Shown here in pieces: positions 1 through 9,580 of a stretch of DNA of 64,000 nt. Under the pieces are notes generated by a model. That model did not search any database, was not told the origin of the DNA, and saw nothing but the letters and a program-made list of their open reading frames with translations. This stretch comes from Naegleria gruberi (taxonomy: Eukaryota): the NCBI GenBank assembly GCA_000004985.1, contig GG738876.1. One strand, written 5' to 3'. Every line of letters starts with the position of its first letter. Position 1 is the stretch's first letter. Position numbers and translations under genes: made by a program.

Positions 1-662
1 GGCAGTCTTGTTTGCCAAGAACTTTTTAACTAGATATTTTCATATCAAAGTAATTGCAGTGTGCTCTGAGAGGAATGTATCAGTTGTGAAACAACTTGGT
101 GCAGATGGAGTAATTGACTACACCAAGACAAGTGCAGCATTGGGAAATAATACCTATCACTCAGGAGATGAAAAATTGAGTATTTTCCAAACTCTTAAAA
201 AGGATTTCAATATTGATTTTGTAGATATGATTATGGACTGTGTTGGAGGATACTATTACTATGACGATTTAACTAGACACTTGAAATGTCTGAGTGATGA
301 TGGACGCAGAACATATCATGTAGCAATAGCTCCACCAGGACCTCTAGAAGTTACATTCTCAAGCATTCCTTCCATTCTGTGGTATATTGTCAAGAATAAG
401 GCAAAGAGTTGGTGGTCAGCTCAGAATCCGTATTATTTCTTCTTTTCCACCAGTCCAGATAATCCAAGAATATTGAAATTTCTCTCAAGTGAACAAGTGT
501 GTCCAATCTTTACAAAGATTCCAATCACTAAATTTACATTAGAAGATATCCAGGTAAGTAATACTAGTAGAATACACAGTTTTGTTACAAATACTATAAT
601 AGAGAGCTGATGAGTTGATGGAATCACAACGAACAGTTGGTAAAATTGTTATAAACATGTAG
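1..662 (+). CDS. Zinc-type alcohol dehydrogenase / MDR-superfamily oxidoreductase, 5' end truncated by the window edge. Exons 1..553 and 603..662, with a 49-bp GTAAGT..AG intron at 554..602.
   Basis: The translation is a paralog of the complete gene at 29583..30761; both share the VCSEKN..LGAD..IDYTKTS..DCVGGYY.YDD block. Splicing restores a C-terminus LMESQRTVGKIVINM that matches MMKSKKTVGKIVVNI of the paralog. The donor GTAAGT follows the EDIQ codons directly. Confidence 0.75.
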
Positions 663-824
663 TATTTCGACCCATCCTGATAAAATCAATTCAAATCTTG
701 ATGATTGAAATCTATGTATTTTGATTCACATTTGTTATCTTCCTCTTTCCTGATGATACAAAGCTTGGTGTGCACAATTTATTGCTTTTCAAATGAAATT
801 GACAACCTTATTGGAGTAGCATGA

Positions 825-1882
825 TTACAAGTTATGCTTCTTGAAAGCTTCATATCCCTCAACGAATGCTTGAATTGCATCTTGTTTTCTTTGTTGATAT
901 GTGGTTTCGTCTTCATTATGTCCCTTCATTGGAATGTAACTGAAATCGGAAAATGAATACATGTACATTTCGTGCCCTGTTTTGAAAGCATATCTTCCAA
1001 GTATTGGTTGGGCACAAACCTTTCTAAAGAATTCCTCACCCTTTGAAATTATTTCACACATTGCATACAAGCCTGAATCGTCTGAAATATTTCATATTCA
1101 TAATTAGGAACAAATATAAACAATAACATACCCTCAAAATAGATCCCAAAAGCATCCTTTCCACTTACGTATAATTTGTGCTGAGCGTTTCTAAATTGAC
1201 TTGCAATCTTATCAATTTGGTCAAGCAAACAATTCTCCACAATTATTTCAAAGACCTTATCTTCATCTGTATTAGATGCCTCAACAATCCACCAGAACAA
1301 TCTCTCCTCATGTCTAGTTATAAACCTCCTCCTCAACAACTTGATCTTCAAGCCATAAAACTCATTCAAATACTCTAATCTCTTGGTGTAGATTGGAAAC
1401 TCCTCTCTCATAGCCTTCTCATACCTTCTATCCTCCACTGATAATAGATAGCACTTCTTGGAGACTAATTGACTTCTTTGCAATGACTCTACATCAAGGA
1501 AATCGAATATGAGTGAAAGCAACTCATCCGGACACTCTACACCATTCAATTGAATCATTCCTATATGTGGCTCCTTTACCAATGATGATGACAATGTAGT
1601 AGAAGAAGAATCTGAATTTGGTTGCTCTTTTACAAGCTTTCCCTTCGACAAAGCCTCATCCAACAAGGCTACAAGTTTCATTTGTTCTTGATCGAGCTTG
1701 GGACGTTTAGCTTGCTTTGATTTTGAGCTTTCTTTTCTTTTCATTTTTTTTGACTTTTTGAGGATGTTTGTACCATGGTTGAAATTTAGGCTTTGGGTTG
1801 AATGAAAACAAAGGCTTTGAATGTCAACAATCAAGTTTTGAAAAAATTGAGAGTGCTTTGTAATACATTTTTGTATGAACAT
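825..1882 (-). CDS. Hypothetical protein with a Lys-rich N-terminus and an F-box-like motif. Two exons, complement(join(825..1081,1132..1882)).
   Basis: ORFs 1049..1882 and 825..1070 join in frame through a 50-bp intron with donor GTATGT and acceptor TTTCAG at 1082..1131. The motif PDELLSLIFDFLDVESL is F-box-like. Confidence 0.55.
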
Positions 1883-1974
1883 TGTTCACAAGTAGTGGAA
1901 CTTAGTGCCATTCATTGTCTTTTCAAAATTGCTTACTCTCCAATCTTTAATATTTCTCATCCAACTCTTTTCCA

Positions 1975-3102
1975 ATGAAAAAAATGCAAAATGAATCTTC
2001 TCTTCCTATAAGTGGTGATGATGAACAACTAGAATATTTGGACGAGGGGATGATAATTATGGAGGCCAATTTGGAGAAGGATGTTAAATGTTCTCTGATT
2101 AAAGATTGGTCATTGAATGAAAATATTCTCATTGGAAGAGGACAAGTTATTGGATTTCGGGAAAATCAAGAAGATTTTGAGAAGATCTTGATAGGAAAAG
2201 AGACAATTTTGTGTGGAGTATTTGATGGACATTGTGGTGATGCTTGTGCTCGATTCATCTCATCTAAATGTTTAGATGAAATTTCACAAAATATTAAATT
2301 ATTAAATAATAATATTAGTACTAATACAACAATTAATAGTGATAACAGCAATCAAAATCAAATATTAAATATTAATGAACAAGTATTAGAAGAAACATTT
2401 GCAAAATTGCAATCCGACTATATTCAATTCAGAGAAGAAATTAATTCCACCACTACCACTAATTCATCAAATAACAATAATAATACTCTAACACCAGAAA
2501 CAACAGCCTTACCACCCGAGAATAGCACTTCAACTAACCGTGAGGAAGACATTATTTCCCTAGAGTGTGGCACTACAGCAAATATAATCCTTCTCTCCTC
2601 ACATAATCCCTCAACAATCTACAGTATCAATTGTGGTGATTCACGAGCTATTTACTTTAATGGTACCAAGACGATAATGTTAAGTAGAGATCATAAACCT
2701 AATGATTTGGATGAAAATAGCAGAATTAAAAAGCTTGGTGGACATATTGATGAAGAAAGTGGAAGAATTGATGGTTTTCTTTCTTATTCTAGGTCATTTG
2801 GCGATTTAGATTACCAACCAATTGTTTCCTATTCGCCAGAATTAAAAATCATGGAGAGACAAGAAAAGAAATCTGGAGCTGAATTTATTTTAATCGCCAC
2901 AGATGGTTTATTCGAAGGGTTTAAATCTAATGAGGAGTGTACTCATTACATTACTGAATTTTTACAATCACACAATTATAATGCCGAGAATGCAACCATT
3001 GTAATTAGTGAGCTTATTGGTTCCATGTTGGATTATTGTGTGAATGAGCTCGAATCGATGGACAATGTAACACTGCAATTAGTCATGTTCATGCATAAAT
3101 AA
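1975..3102 (+). CDS. Protein phosphatase 2C (PPM family).
   Basis: PP2C motifs are visible: GVFDGHCG, NCGDSRA, DHKP, RSFGD and ATDG. The core is interrupted by Asn/Thr-rich low-complexity insertions. Confidence 0.85.
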   Translation: MKKMQNESSLPISGDDEQLEYLDEGMIIMEANLEKDVKCSLIKDWSLNENILIGRGQVIGFRENQEDFEKILIGKETILCGVFDGHCGDACARFISSKCLDEISQNIKLLNNNISTNTTINSDNSNQNQILNINEQVLEETFAKLQSDYIQFREEINSTTTTNSSNNNNNTLTPETTALPPENSTSTNREEDIISLECGTTANIILLSSHNPSTIYSINCGDSRAIYFNGTKTIMLSRDHKPNDLDENSRIKKLGGHIDEESGRIDGFLSYSRSFGDLDYQPIVSYSPELKIMERQEKKSGAEFILIATDGLFEGFKSNEECTHYITEFLQSHNYNAENATIVISELIGSMLDYCVNELESMDNVTLQLVMFMHK

Positions 3103-4073
3103 GTGACCAATCAATGTTGAGAAATAACACCATTTTTACATCTTGATGTATAGCCTAGTTAGTTTGGTTTTCATTTTCACCAGATTTGGGTCGGTAGTCA
3201 TCTAGGTTTGATTTAACGTTGATATGAAAGAGATGTCATCTCTCTTGACAGTTTCCTCTTGTTTCGAATTTATCATTCACGTGATACATTTTTGAATCTA
3301 ACTTTTGAAATAAAGATATTACATATTGGTATATTGAATTCAAATTAGGCCAGTTCTACTTTCGGCAGGTCGAAAAACATGGTTCAACAGATGTTGTAAA
3401 AACTACATCATATTGTCTCTGTTTTGCCTATCTCTAAGGAATTTTAAATCTCGTATTGATGGCAGATTGTTGTATTCAATTCAATGACAAACTATTACAT
3501 TATGTTGTTTAAATACTGTTAATGTTCTACAACACTAACAAAGCAAATGAAGACTTCCAAACAAGTAATTGTTACATTCCTAATACAATTGTTGAGCCAA
3601 TCTTAAATAACAATCTCAAAAACAGTATTTTCAACAAACGTCAGAAACGACTTCATGCTCCGTAACCGAGGAAGAGTTTTGACCTCTTTTGTGAACACAT
3701 CATTAAAAAGCTAAAAATCTCGTTGAATGAGATCATCTCAAATTTGCTATCTCGCCACTTTTGGCAATTTTTAACCCATCGTTGTTGCTTGTATTTTTCA
3801 CTGTGCTGACCAACAGCAATTAATTTCTCTCGTGAAAGGCTTTAAATTCACTTCGATAATTTCCAAGCAGCGCTCAACACAAAAAAATCAATCAACACAT
3901 TAAAAGCAAATTGCCTTGCTGAAAAAGAGAAGAATTAGCCTCCTCTCTCTACCTTGCGCATTATTATCTAGAATTAATTCATAGCCAATCTACCAATACA
4001 AAGCATCGACCTCTACTGCTTTCAAATATTAGCATATTCTCTTTTAGCATATTCACAATATACGGTTAACCAA

Positions 4074-4994
4074 ATGCCAACTGCACAACATCCTATTATT
4101 CAACACTCTGACTATGATGATCATCATTTGTCTTCAGATGAAATAACAACATTTAATTGTCAATCAGATAAGAAGATTTCAAGCAGATATACACAATTGC
4201 GAAAGCAGTTGAGATCCTGTGAACATTTCAAAGAAAATTACTTTGTTCTCGAAGTGAACAAGCCTAACAAAGCATCTCAGGATAACAATACCTTAGAAAA
4301 GAAGAAGAGAAAGAAGAGACAAACAGCTGCCGAGGACCATCCACATCCAGACGAAAGTCTTTCGAATGATGACGGCTCAGAAGAAATGAAAAAAAAGAAG
4401 AGAAAGTCATCCAAAACAACAAGTACTCAACCAGCAGCTGCTCAAACAATAGAAGACAAAGTTGCCATTCATACCTCTCCAACCAATAATATCAATGCCA
4501 CTACCATTTCATCTAACAACTCCTCAACCACCATGCAAATTACCACTTCCACTACTTGTGTAAATAATGAACAACAAACACCAACCTCTAATACAGAAAC
4601 AGGCAACCAACAAGTGTCACCTCAATTGAATGATGGATTGGTTCTCCAATTAATGGGTTTGCTTCAAAATAATAATGCTTCCAATCCAACTTGCAATAGT
4701 AATCAAATGACACTAGAAGGTTTAGAATTGCAAATCAAATTGTTGCAGAGATTGCAAGAGACAATTAACTTACTTAAAGGATCGAGTCAACTACAAATGA
4801 TAGTGCCATCTCAGGAAAGTATGCCAACAATGAATTCAAATAGCTCAATGCCATCGATATCATCATCCGAAGATATATTTCAAATACTAGACTATGGAGA
4901 CTGCCCAGATAACAATAATCAAAGTTTTCCAGTTGAAATGACTGGTTTTGCCAGTTGTGAAGATTTTGCTGAATTGTTGAACGGTTTCATCTAA
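4074..4994 (+). CDS. Hypothetical Ser/Thr/Asn-rich low-complexity protein.
   Basis: A 306-aa ORF starting with an A-rich ATG context. No recognisable domain. Confidence 0.45.
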   Translation: MPTAQHPIIQHSDYDDHHLSSDEITTFNCQSDKKISSRYTQLRKQLRSCEHFKENYFVLEVNKPNKASQDNNTLEKKKRKKRQTAAEDHPHPDESLSNDDGSEEMKKKKRKSSKTTSTQPAAAQTIEDKVAIHTSPTNNINATTISSNNSSTTMQITTSTTCVNNEQQTPTSNTETGNQQVSPQLNDGLVLQLMGLLQNNNASNPTCNSNQMTLEGLELQIKLLQRLQETINLLKGSSQLQMIVPSQESMPTMNSNSSMPSISSSEDIFQILDYGDCPDNNNQSFPVEMTGFASCEDFAELLNGFI

Positions 4995-5158
4995 TCTGCT
5001 TATGTACTAATAAAAACACTGTAAATTGCTACTAATTAAGAAAGATCCTAAATAGTTGAATTCTAAATTTCACTTGAAACGTTTGCCACTTTTCCAAATA
5101 TATTCCATCGCCCATTTAGTAAATATTGAGGTAAGTTGTGAAATTAGACAAAATGAGT

Positions 5159-6418
5159 TTATTGGAGATGTTTGTTAAGTTTGCTAAATGGAGTAACATC
5201 AAGGACCAGATTTGGTAGATCAGACTTTTCACATATTGCCACGTTTAACTCTGGACTAAAGACCTGAATAAGTTCCTTGGTTGAAACCTCAAGAATGTGA
5301 TGAAAATCTGAATCGAGTTCGAGAGGAACATGGTCCTTCTCATCAAGAGTAAATAAATGTATCTTCTTGGTCATACCCTCGAACTTTGGATGGAGCAGTT
5401 CAGTTGCTACCTTCAGCAGAGGAATGATTGCAGATTTTTCCACTTGTTCTTCAGAACTCTTTGTTACAAATTGTTTAAAGTTTCTCTTAATGTCAGTAGT
5501 GTTGCCAATGTATACAATTTTTGTCTTTTCAGAATTTGAGACCGTGATGGCATAGAGTGTGACACATCTATTGATATCCAGAACATGTCTATATAATTCA
5601 GAGAAGAGTAAATAGTATTGTTTTAAAACTGCATTGTAAGGTGTTGTGTCAACGTGAAGACTATGATTTGGAGAGAGATTTTGATGTTCTATAAAGCTTT
5701 CCACAGAGAGTGCACCTTCTCTTTGCCATTGTTCCAATCTTTCCTTGGTTTGAGTATTTACATAATTTTTCAAAAGAGAAATCATTTCTTCCTTTTCACT
5801 AATTTGCCCAATATCTGTTTTAAAGGAATTGTACTTTAAATGAGCGTGAGGATGGTGACTAATCACATTTTCAATCTCCTCTCTTTCTTCATTACCTTGC
5901 TCCAAAAGACTCAGTAATTGAGATTTGTAATTTTCTGCTGAGAGTAATACTCTGTGCAAATCATCGAGAACATCAATCAATCTGGTCTTATCACCAATTG
6001 AAGGTAATTTAGTTTCATATTTTTCACGTAATTCTTCCAACTTTTGCAAGAGTTTTTCAAAATGTTTAACTCTATCCAAAGTAGTTGCACTTGTTGATTT
6101 GTCTTCATCATCACCAATACAAACCGAGTGTTCAATTGCCCACTGATCTTCTTCAATATTATCCTTAAATTGAACTAATTTTTCCTTTACAATTTGATAA
6201 AGTTTTAATTGTTCCTCAACCAAGGCTTGTTCATAATAATAAACACAATCATAGACAAGCTTTGAAAATTCCTCTCCGTACACATTATTCATACAATCGG
6301 ATAAGATATTGATAGAGTTTTGAAGTGATGAGAATCGATGCAAGACTTCCGGTTGAATCATTTCATACAAATGAATGGAAGTCAAATGACGTGGAATTAC
6401 TACTTGTTGTTGAGACAT
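5159..6418 (-). CDS. Hypothetical protein of 419 aa, predicted helical/coiled-coil.
   Basis: A long uninterrupted ORF with coding-like composition, divergent from the adk promoter region. No domain recognised. Confidence 0.5.
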   Translation of the reverse strand: MSQQQVVIPRHLTSIHLYEMIQPEVLHRFSSLQNSINILSDCMNNVYGEEFSKLVYDCVYYYEQALVEEQLKLYQIVKEKLVQFKDNIEEDQWAIEHSVCIGDDEDKSTSATTLDRVKHFEKLLQKLEELREKYETKLPSIGDKTRLIDVLDDLHRVLLSAENYKSQLLSLLEQGNEEREEIENVISHHPHAHLKYNSFKTDIGQISEKEEMISLLKNYVNTQTKERLEQWQREGALSVESFIEHQNLSPNHSLHVDTTPYNAVLKQYYLLFSELYRHVLDINRCVTLYAITVSNSEKTKIVYIGNTTDIKRNFKQFVTKSSEEQVEKSAIIPLLKVATELLHPKFEGMTKKIHLFTLDEKDHVPLELDSDFHHILEVSTKELIQVFSPELNVAICEKSDLPNLVLDVTPFSKLNKHLQ

Positions 6419-7067
6419 TTTTTTTGCTTAGAGTTTTGAGAACACTTTTAGATGGTTTCTTATTTGGAAATATTAGGCTTGTTGTTTTGGTCAATTATGA
6501 AAATTTGTTCTATTTGATGTAATTTGATGAGATTTTATTAATAATGGAATGTTTATTATAATTTAATATTAACAATAAATTAGCAAGTAAATTTAATATT
6601 CATTGTATTAAATTAATAAATTGATCCTGATCAAAAATGTATACAATTCCGATCATATTCCCTCTGTCAAAACCCTTATCATTTTGATATTAATAATTTC
6701 GCCTTTTCATTCCTCATGATCAACTTGATCTTTCAAAATATGAGGCAATTCTACCTTACCTTACAATATCAATCCATTTTTTCCTCATTATTATCAACCA
6801 AACCCTTCAACTACCAAATTCAGTCCTATTGCAAATATTTCCAAAAAGGACTTTGTAAAGCAAAGCGAAAAGCCACAACAACCTTCCTCACTACTGTAAA
6901 TTTTCATTCCGTTGCTGTTGTTCTTAAGCGCTTATTGCTGATAATATCTAGGGCTTGATCAGATTGATGCTTGCATACAAAGAGAGCTCTCTGATGACGA
7001 GTTTCAAGTGTGATAAAAGTAATGATAATTCACCATCAAATCGAAAAGAAAAACAAAATCTGAAAAA

Positions 7068-7901
7068 ATGAACAAAATCGTTTCTTCATCGACACTCACT
7101 GCCACTAACCAAATTGTTCAATCTGGTGTTGTTGCTTCTAGATTGTTCAAATCTACTAGATTTTTACGTCAAGCAGCTGCTTCTTCTACAACTAGTTCTG
7201 ATTTGCCAGTTTTTACTAAAGGTGTCTTGTTAGTTGGTAGACCAGGTGCCGGAAAGGGTACTTATGCATCAAGAGCTGCTGAAAAGCTTGGTATTCCTCA
7301 TATTGCTGCTGGTGATATTATCAGAGAAGAAATCAAGGCTGGTAGTGAATTTGGTAAGAAGGTCAAGGAATATACATCAAAGGGTGAATTGGTTCCTGAT
7401 GAATTAGTTATGGAATTGTTGGTTGATAGAATTTCAAAGATTCGTCAAGCCAATGCCGGAAGAGGTTTCTTCTTGGATGGTTTCCCTCGTACTCTCAATC
7501 AAGCTGTTGCTCTTGATGCCATCAGTGACAAGATCAAACTTGATCTCGTTATTAACTTGCATCAAGATGAAGATATTATCATTGCCAAGACTGTTAATAG
7601 AAGAATTTGTTCTAAGTGTGGTACTGGATACAATTATGCTCACATCAAGAGAGATGGTCTCGATATGCCACCACTCGTTCCAAAGGTTGAAGGTGTCTGT
7701 GATACATGTGGTGCTAAGGACTCTTTGATTCAAAGAGATGACGATAAGGAAGAAGTTATTGTCAAGAGATTGGCTGAATATGAAAAATTAACTTCACCAT
7801 TGTTGTCTTTCTATGAAAAGAAGGGTTTGTTGAAGAATTTCATTGTTAATGGTGGTGCTAAGGCCTTGTTACCATCTTTCCTCAAGCTTTTGCAAGATTA
7901 A
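7068..7901 (+). CDS. adk: Adenylate kinase, long form with a Cys4 zinc-binding LID, and an N-terminal extension of about 60 aa that is a putative organellar targeting peptide.
   Basis: P-loop GRPGAGKGT, NMP-binding region and the GFPRT motif. The LID contains CSKCG...CDTCG (four Cys). Confidence 0.9.
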   Translation: MNKIVSSSTLTATNQIVQSGVVASRLFKSTRFLRQAAASSTTSSDLPVFTKGVLLVGRPGAGKGTYASRAAEKLGIPHIAAGDIIREEIKAGSEFGKKVKEYTSKGELVPDELVMELLVDRISKIRQANAGRGFFLDGFPRTLNQAVALDAISDKIKLDLVINLHQDEDIIIAKTVNRRICSKCGTGYNYAHIKRDGLDMPPLVPKVEGVCDTCGAKDSLIQRDDDKEEVIVKRLAEYEKLTSPLLSFYEKKGLLKNFIVNGGAKALLPSFLKLLQD

Positions 7902-8150
7902 TTTTGTACACTCGGAATTTGTAAAATATAATTTTTGTATTAATTTGTGTTTGGATTGCATATATTATTAATAATGGGTTGTTGTATGCATTTGTGGAAT
8001 TGCTTGCAGTTCTGAAATCGATTTGAGGAATTTTTCACATAATGTGAAATAATATGATTGTGAAATCTAATAAATGGTATTTCGCAATGATATTATTTCA
8101 CAAAAGGAAAGTTTATTACCACCACTTGATTTGAACAGTAGATGATGAAT

Positions 8151-9362
8151 TTATTGAATTTCACTGTACTTTTTGTTTCTTCTCAAACAACAAATCATTG
8201 CAACAATAGTAATAATTCCAACCACTATCAACAATGCTCCAAAAGCAGATGCAGTCACTGCAACTATAATTGTACTCTCATCAACAGGAATCTTTCCAGA
8301 ACTTTGGTGTGGTGTTGATGAACTGATTGTCTTAATGGTCTTGACCATAATGGTGACAGATTTTACATCATTTCCAATAGTATCATCACATGTGAGTGTT
8401 CCTTCCTTGAGATTGACTTTGGATCGACCATTATCTACATAACTATTAGTTCTCTCCTTTTGGTAACCACAAGCAAGAGTTTCAATTTGCAAAGTTTCAT
8501 TAAATTGTTTCGAATAATAATCTAATAACTTGTCTGCATCAAAGTAGAATACATAATTTCTCAAACCATATCCATTATAATCTAATTTTTGATTCTCTGA
8601 TCCAATTACATTGAACTTGTAAAGTGAAATATAGGAAGGATTAGGATAATTAATTTGATCAGTGACAGCAACCATCTTGTATCTTAATGGATTTCCTATT
8701 GGAATGGATCCATAAAAATTGTAATAATACACATCAAGTGTTTGATTCAAAGAAGTGTCCATTTCATAGTTGACCACTTGAGGATATGAAATGTTGACAT
8801 AGGTGTTCATTTCTGATTTTTGAGTAATAAACTTGCCGAAAGTTCCCATGTAGAGAATGTTATTTTGGAGGGTATTTTGATAATCTCTAAATGTTGCGTT
8901 TACTGTCTTGACGAATATTCTTTCTCTAATTTCGTTCGGCATTGGTACGAAACTATTCGAATTATCTAACAATAATAAATTCAAATAATCAGGAACTGCA
9001 TTAAAGACACCCATAAAGTAGGACAGGTACAAGAAGAACGTATCATCCTCTCCATACCATGCATTAGTCAAATTCAATGAATAAACCCCAAATAAAGTCA
9101 ACTCATCTGCAGACGAAACATTTACAATCGGATACTTTTTGAAACTATTCATTTCTTCATCACTGTATTGATGCATAACCAAGGAGCCACCAATTCCATC
9201 TCCAATAAACTTCATCCCAATTGCAGCAAGTGATTCTGTTGAGAATAATAAATTGGACGAATTGAGTGGAAAACTTTCATCAAATTGTTGAGCGTTAACA
9301 GTGAAGAGCAATAAACAGAGTACTAGAAAAAGTAATATTTGGCAACTGTGTGTTGATTTCAT
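8151..9362 (-). CDS. Type I membrane glycoprotein, hypothetical.
   Basis: N-terminal signal peptide MKSTHSCQILLFLVLCLLLFTVNA, many NxS/T sites, and a C-terminal TM segment followed by a short basic tail. Confidence 0.6.
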   Translation of the reverse strand: MKSTHSCQILLFLVLCLLLFTVNAQQFDESFPLNSSNLLFSTESLAAIGMKFIGDGIGGSLVMHQYSDEEMNSFKKYPIVNVSSADELTLFGVYSLNLTNAWYGEDDTFFLYLSYFMGVFNAVPDYLNLLLLDNSNSFVPMPNEIRERIFVKTVNATFRDYQNTLQNNILYMGTFGKFITQKSEMNTYVNISYPQVVNYEMDTSLNQTLDVYYYNFYGSIPIGNPLRYKMVAVTDQINYPNPSYISLYKFNVIGSENQKLDYNGYGLRNYVFYFDADKLLDYYSKQFNETLQIETLACGYQKERTNSYVDNGRSKVNLKEGTLTCDDTIGNDVKSVTIMVKTIKTISSSTPHQSSGKIPVDESTIIVAVTASAFGALLIVVGIITIVAMICCLRRNKKYSEIQ

Positions 9363-9580
9363 TTTTTAATTTCACAATTTCACTTTGTCTGTCGAAGTTT
9401 GTTTTTATTTCGAATGTTCTAATATCAAAACACCACCTTGAACTCCTTACGAGGTGTCTGCTTTTCACTTCTTCTACCCGTACTGGAAAGTTGGTTGTAT
9501 CCATTGAAAACTGAAAGGTCAAGTCTTGGAACTTATGTTGAGTTCTGTAAATAATGTTTAGAATGAAATTAACCCACAGT

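Noticed and set aside
7423-7733. ORFs of about 100 aa on both strands inside the adenylate kinase gene
   Set aside because: They lie fully within a strongly supported conserved CDS and have no independent support.
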